Shown here one piece after another: positions 1 through 11,724 of a DNA stretch of 64,000 bases. This stretch comes from Laetmonice hystrix. Lineage: Eukaryota. Every line of letters begins with the position of its first letter. Within the stretch, counting starts at the first letter, position 1. The stretch lies in contig OZ249439.1 of the NCBI GenBank assembly GCA_965235115.1, forward strand, positions 30,752,001-30,816,000, given 5' to 3'. The position numbers and the translations under genes are program-made. A model generated the notes under the pieces. The model searched no databases, had not been told where the DNA came from, and was given only the letters and a program-made list of their open reading frames with translations.

Positions 1-216
1 AAAAAGGCAGTCAAACAATAAAGGTCGGAGTTAGGGTCAAGGAGAGCTCGACCCTGGTGGTCCTTCTATGAACATTTCCATACAAACAAAATCAGTAGAT
101 TTATAGCTTATAATTTGAAAACATCCAAGATGGAATTTGTCTTGGGCAGAAATGATTAGTAATCACTGTTATATAATAGCTATGGCTAGGCTTATAGAGA
201 AGACACGTGTGTGGAC

Positions 217-460
217 CCAGGCGTGTGTCCAGAATTTTCAGCAGGGGGGGGGGGGGTCTGAGGAAATTTGTTAAAATTAGAAGCTCTGAGACGCGATTCC
301 CCGCCATTTAGGGGCCATTTTAGGGCATTATATTTTGTGGATTCATCGCTCAACGGGTTCAAAACGGCGGGAATGGTTTAAAACGGCGGGAATGCTTAGA
401 AAAGATCTATGCTCTGTGGGAGCAGGGGGGTCCGTACCCCCGGGGGTCCGGGACCACGAG
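217..460. mobile_element. Possible degenerate MITE-like repeat fragment
   Basis: Starts CCAGGCGTGTGTCCAGAATTTT followed by poly-G, with a tandem AAAACGGCGGGAATG pair (361-395) and GGGGGTCC motifs. This resembles non-autonomous DNA-element ends common in invertebrates; no clean right TIR was seen. Confidence 0.25.
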
Positions 461-1920
461 GTTGATTGTTTATAATACAAGAGTAGATTGGATTGGTTCA
501 GGCCTAAATAATCTATAGACGCACTGCCTGCACATCAACATGGAGAGTCCAAGTCAGAACGTTAAAAATAATTGGAATGCAATTGCATCATTGCAACAAA
601 GTGGTGGTAAAACCACAGGTGTGTAGTGGTCTTCCTATCACCTTTTTAATAGTGATATTGGCTTACTTAGCCAAACAATACACTTGAGGTAACAAGAAGA
701 ATGTCAGTGGGAACAGCTTGCCTAACTGGAATATATACTAGTTTGCATCAATGACCAAAAGTTGTAACCTGTTGCAGCCGTTTCCATGTATACGATGCTA
801 ACGTCGTAGTATGCCTGTAATTGTAGCCTCTGGACGCATTCAGCCAGGCATTACCTTCAACAAATGACAGCATGCTTTATGGGCTTCCTGACATTATAAA
901 GGTATAGCATGCCCAAAATGTACAGGACAACCTGACATTACATTTAGGATTAAATATTAACAAAAGCATGAGCTCAAGATGTCTTTATGTAGCCGCCCGG
1001 CGTGCAGTGCTCAAGTTGCCGTAACACGAGTCAGCATATTGTTGCGTGTTGGAGGTCATGACTTCTTCAGCTGCTCGGAGACACAAGGTCAAGGAACACA
1101 GGAAGGCATTAGGCAGCCGTCTTTCATCTTTTACTCAAACATGTAAAAAGCTGCAGTGTCGGCTCTGGAAGTTGTCTTTATGGACGACGGTGCTCAAGTT
1201 TCTCAAGGCCGAAGATGTCATATATTTAGAGATGTCTGTGGCATGGGTCGCTGCTTCAGAAGGCGCAAGGGGGGCAAGGGGGCAAGGGGGCCAGTCAGAG
1301 GGGCAGTTAGAGGCTTGCTGTAGGTACCATAGGAGACGTGGAGAAAGCACTAGTCAGGTCCGATTACTGTCCACAAGGTTCAAGGTGTAAACGAGAATAG
1401 GGACCTTGGATGCTGGGGCCCGAGGGTACGTATGGGAGAAGTGGAAACCCCGTCTCACAACCTATACGTTGCGGGTTATTATCAGTCATTTAGAGAAACG
1501 TGGACTAGAATCATCCAAATTCAGGTTAAAGATTCTTTGGTATACACTTTGGGGTCATCGGGGGAGTTTAGTTTTACCGTACTGAATCGGGGGGGGGGGG
1601 GGCAGAGGGGGCTGTAAGCAGAGGCACCTGATGCATAGATTTCCCCTCAGAAAATTCTCGTTCTTTGAAGAGTGTGTGTCGGGGGGGGGGGGGGGCGCTC
1701 GACCGTCTCTTCTTTATTTCCCCCCTAACACAACCTGTCAAAGTTACCATGTTTTTCTTGGAATAAAAAATGCAATACGCTATAAAGGATTAAATACATG
1801 TATGGGATACGGGCTCGGCATGTTTGATCTGGTGCCCAGTTTCTCTAACACTTACGTTGATTAAAATACCTTCCCATTACCAGTCACTAATAAAAGTATA
1901 CATGACAAGTCATCACTGGT

Positions 1921-1981
1921 CAGGAAATGAAACGAGGAGAAAGAAAAGACTGGCCAGGAAATGAAATAAGGAGAAAGAAAA
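1921..1981. repeat. Short direct repeat (2 copies, 34-bp period)
   Basis: CAGGAAATGAAACGAGGAGAAAGAAAA and CAGGAAATGAAATAAGGAGAAAGAAAA. Confidence 0.8.
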
Positions 1982-4920
1982 TTCCCACTGAAACCGAATC
2001 GATAAATAAACGTTAACTACTATCTGTCAACATATTTCAAGATACGTCCGCGACAAAGCTGGGAAGAGGAGAACGATATATTGGCAAACATATAAGATGA
2101 CACATATAAGACGAACGTAGCCCTTGGTGTTGTGTTCCGTGGCTGGACCGTCGTCTACCGTCTCCAGACAGTCCTCCCGCTCCGGTCCTTGATCTGACCG
2201 CCATGCCTTTGTAGGCACGGTAATTGTTATAATTGTACCATTGTCACGGTGACACCCACAATTAGGCTTTTGTCTGGAGGACGGTTGGTGCCTCACAGGG
2301 GCCAGGCTGAGCGCCGAGAGCTCCGCAATGTTCTATCATGTCAGCACGGGTCGGTGGGGGGGGGGGGGGGGGGAGTATATCAAACTGGTTGAGATGGAGA
2401 AGATAGCGGCCAACCGTGGTCTATACCGTCTTCACAGGTATACGCCGCGGTAAGGCAAGTGTGGGAAAAATAACAACGCTCCTCGCAATATGGCCGCTGG
2501 TCATGTCTTATATAAAGCCAGCGGCATCACTCGATGGTGGAAGGATGCCGCTGTAGCATGATGCTGCCCAGGCAAGGACAGGCTCGCAAATAAAAGATGT
2601 TTCTGGGTGGGAGATGGAGTCATGACCCGCGGTGCGGGATTGTTGTGTAATGTGTAATGTGCTGGCTCGTAATGTCTTTTTGTGGGAATTGTTTTTGATG
2701 ATAAGAACTTTATGACGCGCCTTTGGATTTGAAGTGCGGTACGTGGGTAATTTATGGTGTCGCACTGGAGCTCGGTTGGACGGGCAAGGGCTGTCATCTT
2801 TTGATGTCAGACGGGAGAGACATGATTATGAAGCACCCATAGAAAAATCTATAGTACATAATGACGTGTCAATGGGTTGGCATTGTCTAGGCCTGATAAC
2901 GAAGTAACATAGCCTTAATCTGATTATCTAAATTTGTCGGCGCTGAAATATTATTGAGTTTGGAAAATTAAACGATTCAGACGGATATGTTAATGAAGCT
3001 GGGATGGGCGACCCTTGATTGTAAAGGTGTTTACCTACCTTATGGTAAAATTAATTTCCTTCGAGGTGAAAATGGAAGAGAAATCGTATTTTGTGAACGC
3101 CAAGTTGTTGCCCGCGATACGGGTGGTATAAGCGTGCATTAGATTGGATGGGTCGGCCTGGAGCTATATGAACCGCTATTATGGTGGGCGGGGGAGGCAG
3201 GGTGCTACCTGTTCACAAATAATTATTATTCACGTTTAAAGATATCAGTTCGGTTTAAAATGTGTGTTTTATGTGCTGCTTTACGCAAACACTCAGAAGA
3301 AGAAGAAGATATATGTCCATCGGCAGGTTCTAAAGCAGCGACTCGCAACATGGGGTCCACGGCCCCCCGGGGCAGGCGAAACCTCATTTAGCTGGGTGTG
3401 GGTGGGGAGGGGGGTTGGTGGGGGTAGCTTGAGGTAGATAGTTTGTGAAGAAAAATATGTAAAACATTTTGTTTTTTTGTGAGCAGGACCTGTGATAAGC
3501 AAGGCCGAATTATTTCAACAATTGTTTTCTCAGTGAGAAAGATAATTACAACAATTACAAAAAAAGAAACGTATGCCATTAGAGGGAATGTTTATCAATG
3601 TGGTAACGATTGAGCATTGAGCTGAAACGGTTAGGAACCACTGTTTTAAAGTTCGAAACTTATACCGGCTTCCTGGAATGTAAACGGTAAAAAGGATAGA
3701 GAGTAGTCGGTCTTGTTACACAAGGAGCATCAAAGGAAGCTTACGTAAAACTATCAAAAAAGGACCTTTTTGGTACGGCTTTATACTTGTGTATAAAACG
3801 CGGATATCGGTTCGCATAGAGAATAACATCATTTCAGTATTGTGTTTTGACGCGCTATAACTTTGAACTGAGGCCGTTGAGTCTGACCAAAGGGCAATCC
3901 CATGCGGGCAGAACCCAAGGAACTGTCAGAAAAGAAGCTTCCTCAACCCTTCTAAAAACAGTGGTCCTGCGACCTTTGTCAGTGAGTGCTGCAGTTTATT
4001 TGTTTTTTCCTCGTTTTGGCGGTACTGTGCCTGCAGGATGTGTTACCTATGAGAGACTAATGGTTGTCCTAACGTCTCCTGGACACAGTGGAGCACCTTC
4101 AAACAGCCGTGCCGCCCTGGTCGTACACACTCAAAGTCTCCCCCAAAGAATAGCAGTGTTCCGACAATTCCTCAACTGCCTCTCTCTTCTCTGGCACTGA
4201 CGCAAATTAGAGAATTCGTGCTCACTTAGTTCTTAATACTTCCTGTCAGTTCGACACAGCAAAGGCGGTCCACTCTTTGGAGGGGCTCGGCAAATGAAAA
4301 AAGTATGCCATGACAGTGACTTTTTAAACTGGCAAAATAAATTAGAAGGATGATAAGTGGTGCACGGTTTAACGGTCGAAGAGGCAGAGTGAAGGGAGCC
4401 ATTGGATGAAGGGCAGGGGTCAACTGGCCTCCATTACTTGTTGAGAGCTCGTCGTGCCATTGCAAGCTACAATTGCCACAATCAGTTTTTTGGAGATTCT
4501 GAGTCCCGGACAGCTATCATAAATGTTATCAGGCTCAAGAGTAGGGCGATGTATTATCCACTGTACAAAGGCTTGGCAACTTAATACGGCCAGAGCTCTG
4601 TGTTAACAAAGACGTGGATTTAGAGGAATGGTTGCTACAGAAGATTTTGTACCAGGCTTTAAGTTCAGACAGTCGTATTATTTAACACTGACCAGGTGCA
4701 GCCAGGCGTTTTCCTATCCTATGTTTTTTGGAGGCACCTGTTCTCTAGCTTAGTTAGAATCTAAGTAGCCGGTGTGTATCACTGTGAGAGAAAAAAAAAT
4801 GGCAAAAATGGAGACAGGTCAGAATGACGGTGTGAGACAGGGATCGTTTTACTCACACCATTTGGTCGTGTATTTCTGAATACTGCTGAGTCTGATAGGT
4901 TCGTTCCATATTATCTAACT

Positions 4921-5052
4921 GTTTTGAAAGTAGAAAACCTGTTATTTCGTCCTAATTACCGTAAGGTAAGTGAATATACAACAATTGTTTTGAAAGTAGA
5001 AAACCTGTTATTTCGTCCTAATTACCGTAAGGTAAGTGACTATACAACAACT
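4921..5052. repeat. Tandem duplication, 66-bp unit x2
   Basis: GTTTTGAAAGTAGAAAACC...AAGGTAAGTGA(A/C)TATACAACAA repeated at 4921 and 4987, near-identical. Confidence 0.95.
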
Positions 5053-6189
5053 TGCTTGTATTTTGGCTTGTAATTAATTTTAATTATTTTATGTCAGAGA
5101 AAGGTCCCAAACCTCGATGTCCGAACTTTTTTGAAAGATATTTCCTTTATACAGAAAGTTGGTCATCCGCTCTTAACGTTTCAGGTTATTTATACAATCC
5201 CAATAAAGTGGCCTGAAAATAAATCTAAATCGTGTCCAATTATTGACTCATTTACTACTCATTCAAGTGAAAGAGTTGACTTTGTCCATCTTTATCCCTC
5301 GGATTGAAGCTCGTTATTGTCAATCCGTCTGGTTGGCCTAACTAATGAGACAGGCAACATCTGTTTCTCAAGACGTAGCGACTTAAAGGGAGCCTGCACA
5401 CGAGTCAGCAGTGTAAAGTGTACCATCCCACGTTTCAGTTTACTACGGAAGCCGAGAATGCTGCCCTCAAAAAAATTGCAAAAAAAAAAGTTTGACTACA
5501 GTAAGCACTGGTTAAACGTTGATCAGGTTTTCTTTACTTGCACCAGTACAGCTAGGTTTGCAGCGGTGATGCCGCGTCAAGGATGTTAAATCACTGCATT
5601 GTCTTGTTGGCAGTGAGCACGAAGGGACCTCAGCAATGTTGGGGAGGGGTCAGTGTCCCTACCCGACGGGCAGGGCTGGCGGAGGTATGTTGTCTAGGTG
5701 TGTGTGTCCCGTGGTCGGTGGTAGGACAGGATATTGACGGAGTAAGGACACAAGGTGGATGACAGCCAGAACACGGGCTCAGCGCTCAGTAACAGGTGTT
5801 CACGGACCAGGAACAATAGCTCGCCACTACTCACCAGAATCGGGCCCATTGTTCGGCTCAGATTAACATCACAATGAAGGGATGCTCCTACCACAGTCCT
5901 GTCCAGCTAACACCAACAAAAGATAGCTTCCGAGCTCATTATCTGACACCAAATGAATTTCAGTTAGAAATTTATTGGTCTTTTTTTGAACGGAGGTTGT
6001 TTCATCGCGGGATTTAGAGAGGGGTCATATCGGGGCAGGGTAATGGGGGGCTTGACCTCTGGGAAAACTTGCGTCATTTTGGGAGGAATCAATTTAGGCG
6101 TTAGTGGTTATTTCATGTTCCAAGGTTGGTCATAGGTACCCTCCAGGAATGCATGCTAACCATGAATTGACAGGAGTCTTTAACACGCT

Positions 6190-6410
6190 TCTATTCATCA
6201 GTTTTTTCTTTGCCAGGGGCAGTTTGACAAGTCCAGCCCAGCTATGCCAAGAGGAGCGCCTCATTGCACAGCTGGGCAGTAGGTTGTGGTAGCAACTTGT
6301 AGATTTAGTAGTATGGGTAGTAGTACAAAGGGCGGTGGGTGATTCCTATGTAAGTTAGCGAAGTTCGCGTAGAGTTTGGGTTTAATATTTGATAGATGAC
6401 CGACGTTATC
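6190..6410 (-). mobile_element. Possible Penelope-like GIY-YIG endonuclease relic
   Basis: Minus frame SVIYQI...TYIGITHRPL (6403-6326) resembles the PLE GIY-YIG motif VIYxI...YIGxTxRxL. Downstream sequence is interrupted by stops. Confidence 0.3.
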
Positions 6411-6599
6411 AAAGAGTTGTGGATCGTGATTCTTAATTGGCTGAGAGCTGGTAGAGGGGTCGGTGGCAGAATGGCGTGGGTGGAGGACAGGCGGAACACT
6501 GAAGTACCAAAAAAAGGAAAGATCGCCAAGGGGGGATTTTACCATAGGGACTTATAGCTACGGAACTTCGAATACACAAACGGAAACGTGTAGTTTCTT

Positions 6600-8784
6600 T
6601 TCTTTTCAGACTAGTTTTATTTTTGTATGGATAAGTACATATGAATGAGTCATACATTTCTACAAACTTTGTACATTTAGGTACATGACACAAAAATATC
6701 TTCACTCCATACTTTTCACGGCAGAAAATAATGTACATTGCACCTATCTCGTTGATTTTGATTACTTATGATACAATAATAAAAATATTTTTTCTTACGT
6801 ACAAATGTTTTGTGTACGTTCGAATACATCATGCGCCAATCCACTGTCATTTGTCAAATCCTTGTATAAAAGGACAGGTACCAACGAATGTTGACATACA
6901 TGATGATTCTAAACCTGAGATATATGTTACATGTTGAGTCTTGAATTAACAAGAACTCGAAGTGTTCTCTTGACTCTTGCTACACAACTGCATTGGTCAT
7001 GAACACTTGAGACTTTCTCTGGAAGTTTGAAAGTCTCAAACTGGTGGTTTCGTATCAAAATTTGCACAGTTTTGCTATAGCTCAGAACAAACTGGAAACA
7101 ATCTCATATTGGCCTGATACATTTCCCTCTTCACTGTGTAAACATAAATAAGTTACATCTAAGAAATAAGAAGTCGACTTTCATATTTATAGTTAAAGGA
7201 AGGCACTTGTACAATATAAAAAAAAGTTTGGCAAGTTTTACATGTAACATTATGCCTTTTGTTCACATATGTTGTCTCCCAACGGCAAGATCTGGGAAGG
7301 ACGGTCTATATGCGACATAACAAGTTAGGAGATCTCTCCCCTGTCATAAATACAATATACATAGTTTTGCCTCTATGAGAATTATATATCCGCGAAAGAT
7401 AGCCTTCGAAAAGGAAAGAACAGGTATTTACAGGACTGGTATACCCAACACAAAGTTTTCATACATTTTTGCATGTTGCCTCATTTAGAATATGGAATCT
7501 CCCTGAACGTCTGGCATGTGTGTCCTGTATTATATACCTGTTCTTTCTAGTGATATGTGATTTATTTGCTTCCTTGCTGCAAATATGATCCCTACCCTCG
7601 CTCTCAGAGTCAGCGACTATAGTAAAGCCCGAAAGTTTTAGGCATTTTACTAGATTATCTATATCACATAAAAGATAGAAACTCACATTGTAGACACATG
7701 TGGATCTACGTTTAGACTGATGCAAAGGTGAATGAGATCACCTCATTTCATATAAAAATACTCGAAAATGGTTTATAAGTGAAAAGATATCGGAGAGATG
7801 GAAGACTCATTGTGACATACCAACATGACTTTACATCTGTGTGAAAATACTCCCTGATAATAATATATTATAATGGGATAATATATACACAAAGGCTTGA
7901 AAGAGTACGTCACCTTACTTCATCAGCATAATCAACTTCATTACTTATGAAATACAATTTTGGGAACGTATTGTTGAGAATGTTGGAATCATTCTTGTCT
8001 TGGCAAGACGGCATTATCATTGCACAGCATGAAGAATGCTGCAAGTAAGTTGTGGGAATCTTTCTTTAAGGCAGCCATGCTCAACTCTTCACGACTTGAC
8101 AAATTTATAAACCTGCATAAATAACTGATAAAGATCTCAAGGAATGCCTGATGAAAGGTGCAATGTCACAAAAGATAAATATCACTGTACTGCTACATAT
8201 ATACATGTACCATGTTACTTAGCCAATAACAAATGCGTAAGTAGATATTACTTTATGTACATTGTTTTCATACAAAATGTAGCACCTTCGAGGCTGCTGA
8301 AAGTTAAAATTTGTTCAACTGAATAATTCAGGCTCAGTTGGGGTTACAAAACTAAATCCATCATCAACTATTCAAGATAAAAGGTGTCTAAATCGCCTAC
8401 ACATTATGTACAATACATAGCTTTTGAGTTCATAGTGTACTTTGAATATTGTTTTTGTTAAACGATGGAAGAATTTCAACTTCTTGTCATCATAACCGAT
8501 GAGATCCTTGTCTGAGAAGCTCATCCCAAACGAACACGACTGTCTGCTGCCATGATACCAGTGGATAACATTGATATGTACATTTCCTAATCTAGGAATC
8601 ACAACAAATTGATATACAGCAGTATAATCATTGCAATAGCTACCAGGTAAAATGTGAATTCAGCTTGCACACGCTCACTTATATACGTTTATACATTCAC
8701 ATGTATACATCCCATTCACACCGTCTCATTCTGAGTATATCGTCTCTTTCAATAACCTAGATTGTGATCACACCAATTCATAAT
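6600..8784 (-). promoter_or_regulatory. Inferred 3' UTR of the minus-strand gene
   Basis: AT-rich sequence directly after the TAA at 8785-8787. Minus-strand AATAAA at 7561-7566 and 6616-6621; five UGUAHAUA elements and miRNA seed matches. The distal end is uncertain. Confidence 0.65.
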
Positions 8785-11298
8785 TTAGAAATGTCCAAGG
8801 GTGTGTATATGCAAGTTGCCTGTGCTTTTGTAAAAGTTGCTACTGAATTGCTTGAGCTTCTTTACAAGTTGCTTTTTGCGGTCGTGTTGCAAGTTGCGTG
8901 CAACTGCTGAGTGTTGCACAACGGTGCGTGTGTTGCCGGCGTTGTCGCTGAGGAAGATGTGTTTGCCAGAAGTTGTCCGCCTACCAGATCCTGGGGTGGA
9001 GAACCCAGAGTCACAGTCATGGTGGTAGCGCAGACATTTCCTGGCACCATGGCCCTCAGATCGCGTTTCGTACCGGGACTCCTGGGGAGTGGCGTGCTTG
9101 CCGACGGTACAAGGGGGGCGGGAGCCGAGGTTTCGCCGCCGTGGGGGAGGGTTCTGGTAGCGAGGGGGCAGGTGAAGAGGTGGGCCCATGATCTCAAACT
9201 TTGGCACGTCTACGTAGTCGTAAGTGTCAGTGGTCGGGCGACTGGACCCAGAGTCTGTGACGTTTGGGGAGTTGACCGGCACGGGAAGGTCCCGCGACTC
9301 GGTGCTCTCTGGACTAGTGTCGGCTGTAGTACTGGTGGATATAGACAGGGGGCGCTGATTGGCTTTGTGGCGTTCGGCGCTGACCATGGTGTCTTCCAGA
9401 CTGTTGGGACTCCAGAACCCGTCGGATTCCTTGTAGGAGCTCTCTAGGATGGCGTTCATTTGAGACGCGTGCAGAGTGCTCTCCGATACGTCCGCGTCTG
9501 GGTCGTCAGCTTCCGACGTCGTCGTAGAGAGGGCGCTCAAGTCGGGCAGCGACGACCGCGTGGCTTCCAGAGAGAAATGCTTACGAGTGAAGTCCAAAAA
9601 GTCTGATTCGGATAGGCCGACGGGATCGCGGTATCTTTCCTTGTCGGCAAGCTCAGTCTGGCCCGTTTGACGTTTGAGCATTCGCATTCGGCCATTGCGG
9701 GCGTCATAGGTTGCGGTGTACTCCTCAGCCTTGCTGAGTCCTTGGCTAAAGTGACTATTCTCGTCCATACACTCAGACAGGTACGAGCTGTCATTGTCTG
9801 TTTCTGTCACTGCCGTGGAACTCCTCGGGCGCGGTTCCTCCTCCTCGGATGTCTCGGACGTCATAGTGAAGGAGTCGTCGGTTTGGAATATACATGGACC
9901 GCCCATTGTTGGGTGGAGACCGTGTTCCTTGCACAGCTGAGGTTCTTTGTGAGATGTTGGAGTTTGTTGAGCCGCCTCACGTTCCTTCTGCTTCATCCTC
10001 TCCCGTCGTCGCGTTCTCTCTCCCCGACTCCGGCTGCGGTTGGAATGCCTTGACTGCTCGGAGATGGAGAGTTGGGTTAGGATGGTTGGTACTTGCTGAT
10101 TCTTCTCGATCTTGCGTAAAGACTTGATGTCCATCCAGCTATCGTCCATCGACCTTGGGGTCGTCGTGTGTTTGGCCTTGGACCGACTTGGGTTCCGGAT
10201 GACGTCACTCGGCTCGGAGATCGTCGTCCGGGCGTCGGAAGACATGCACCGGAAGTCGGGCTCCTCGAGATGTCCCTCTGCCTGCGTGAGCGCGTCGTCG
10301 GCCGACATGTTGAGAGTGCTGTGGAGTGGGTAGTTGAGAGTGCTGTGTAGCGGGTAGTTGAAAGTGCTGTGCAAGTTGCCGCTGATGTTGCTACCAGACG
10401 ATTGCTCTCGGAGGCTACTCCGAGACATTTTACTAATCTGACTGACGTCTTTGAGGTTGCTTAGTGACTTGGACGTGTAAAGTTCGCTGATGACGTCACT
10501 GGAGGCGTACTTGACGGGACTTTCCCGCCTCCGAGGGGTGGGCGTGTCTGCCCCGGTCACATTGGGACAGTGAACCCCAAGATTGTCCACGCTGTTAACC
10601 CATATAGACGTTTGGTCGCCCATTTGTTTACTTTCAGTTAGTAACGACCGTTTGCTGTGGTAATGAGAGCCTGTGCCACAGTTAATGTCCATGTAGTCCT
10701 CGTTCTCCTGATATAGCATCTCCTGGCTTGGCGACCTCAAGGTCACATATTCGCCCTCAAGGTCACTCAAAGTTGGAGAGTTCGTGCCAGTGTTCAACCC
10801 TGAGTTTGTACCGAAGGGTAGGATCGGCCTGAAGCCTTCCTCCTTGATTGGTGTTAAAAGCTGACTGCTGTTACGCGGGTGACACGCACAATGTTTATGT
10901 GGTCTACAGAAGGGCGTAGACGTGGCCACCTTTCCGTATTTTTGGTCGCTGGCAAGAACGTGAATGTCGTGGGGCGTGTTGGGTTGGTAGCCCATGTTCT
11001 CCTTGTCCTGTTCGCGACGTTTGTGGAAACGTCTTGGCGTCGTGCCGGATGAGGAGGCGGCGGCGCCCAGAGAGCGGCGGGCGTGGATACGGGCTCGGCG
11101 GGCGTCGTACAGGGCCTTGACCCGGGCCCGCGGGGTATTCGGGCCCTTCCCGGTCATCGGAACACCGACAGTGGCCTTCATGTCTGTGTCAACCTGCCGC
11201 TTCTCATAGGAGTCGTAGTTCTCCAAGATGGAGAGGAACTGCTGCTTGATGTTCTTGAGCTCGAGCTTCATGTGTAGACCTTCCTCTATGATCTCCAA
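8785..11298 (-). CDS. Terminal coding exon (837 aa) of an uncharacterised, largely disordered Ser/Thr/Arg-rich protein
   Basis: The only long ORF in the window (840 codons), GC-richer than its flanks. Acceptor CTCCCTCCTCTGGTATGTTTCAG|TTG (AG at 11300-11299) with a CTCAT branch-like motif ~25 nt upstream. The ORF-track Met (MFQ) lies in the intron under this model. Confidence 0.9.
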   Translation of the reverse strand: MEIIEEGLHMKLELKNIKQQFLSILENYDSYEKRQVDTDMKATVGVPMTGKGPNTPRARVKALYDARRARIHARRSLGAAASSSGTTPRRFHKRREQDKENMGYQPNTPHDIHVLASDQKYGKVATSTPFCRPHKHCACHPRNSSQLLTPIKEEGFRPILPFGTNSGLNTGTNSPTLSDLEGEYVTLRSPSQEMLYQENEDYMDINCGTGSHYHSKRSLLTESKQMGDQTSIWVNSVDNLGVHCPNVTGADTPTPRRRESPVKYASSDVISELYTSKSLSNLKDVSQISKMSRSSLREQSSGSNISGNLHSTFNYPLHSTLNYPLHSTLNMSADDALTQAEGHLEEPDFRCMSSDARTTISEPSDVIRNPSRSKAKHTTTPRSMDDSWMDIKSLRKIEKNQQVPTILTQLSISEQSRHSNRSRSRGERTRRRERMKQKEREAAQQTPTSHKEPQLCKEHGLHPTMGGPCIFQTDDSFTMTSETSEEEEPRPRSSTAVTETDNDSSYLSECMDENSHFSQGLSKAEEYTATYDARNGRMRMLKRQTGQTELADKERYRDPVGLSESDFLDFTRKHFSLEATRSSLPDLSALSTTTSEADDPDADVSESTLHASQMNAILESSYKESDGFWSPNSLEDTMVSAERHKANQRPLSISTSTTADTSPESTESRDLPVPVNSPNVTDSGSSRPTTDTYDYVDVPKFEIMGPPLHLPPRYQNPPPRRRNLGSRPPCTVGKHATPQESRYETRSEGHGARKCLRYHHDCDSGFSTPGSGRRTTSGKHIFLSDNAGNTRTVVQHSAVARNLQHDRKKQLVKKLKQFSSNFYKSTGNLHIHTLGHF
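10309..10378 (-). repeat. In-frame coding tandem repeat, 24 bp x ~3 (LHSTxNYP)
   Basis: Protein reads NLHSTFNYPLHSTLNYPLHSTLNM. Confidence 0.9.
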
Positions 11299-11724
11299 CT
11301 GAAACATACCAGAGGAGGGAGAACATGAGTATCAATTGTATCAATCATATCAACACTGTATCAACTTGGGAAGTTACTCCCATATCATATAATTATCGAA
11401 GTATGCTATCAGCCATCATGAGACAAATACATCTGGGTTAACAAAGAACTGCAAGAAATACCTAATATATTCAAACACATACTGAATGACATACCATGCT
11501 TTTTGTCATCATTTTGTTAACAAATAAGTTACGCTTGAACGCTTGCCCGCAAAACCGCACCCTTTAGTGTCTTTGATTTCTGTGATTCCGGTATCCGACA
11601 TATATCTGTACCAGAAGATGATACTCTCTAAGACGTGAACACTGGACTGCCTTTAGCAATACACCTACACCAATCAAACAGTTCGGGTTCCCATGGATAC
11701 TCCAATCCCGGTAGACTACCAATA

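Noticed and set aside
1135-1240. LINE 3' tail remnant (FGLEKLEHRR)
   Set aside because: Single short motif without collinear support
8372-8660. ORF with a faint resemblance to a Mab-21/cGAS-like (cGLR) domain (FVVIP...SFSDKDL...LKSYVL)
   Set aside because: It lies in the PRE-rich inferred 3' UTR, is bounded by stops, and no further cGLR motifs follow. A chance match is more parsimonious; an HMM search would settle it.
8785-8900. C-terminal similarity to Dact/Dapper (LKKKILRF...LMTTV)
   Set aside because: Only a loose basic-helix pattern; the PDZ-binding MTTV end is absent (the protein ends TLGHF)
8837-11277. Many 60-180 aa ORFs overlapping the large exon in other frames or strands
   Set aside because: Expected shadows of a GC-rich coding exon, with no independent motifs
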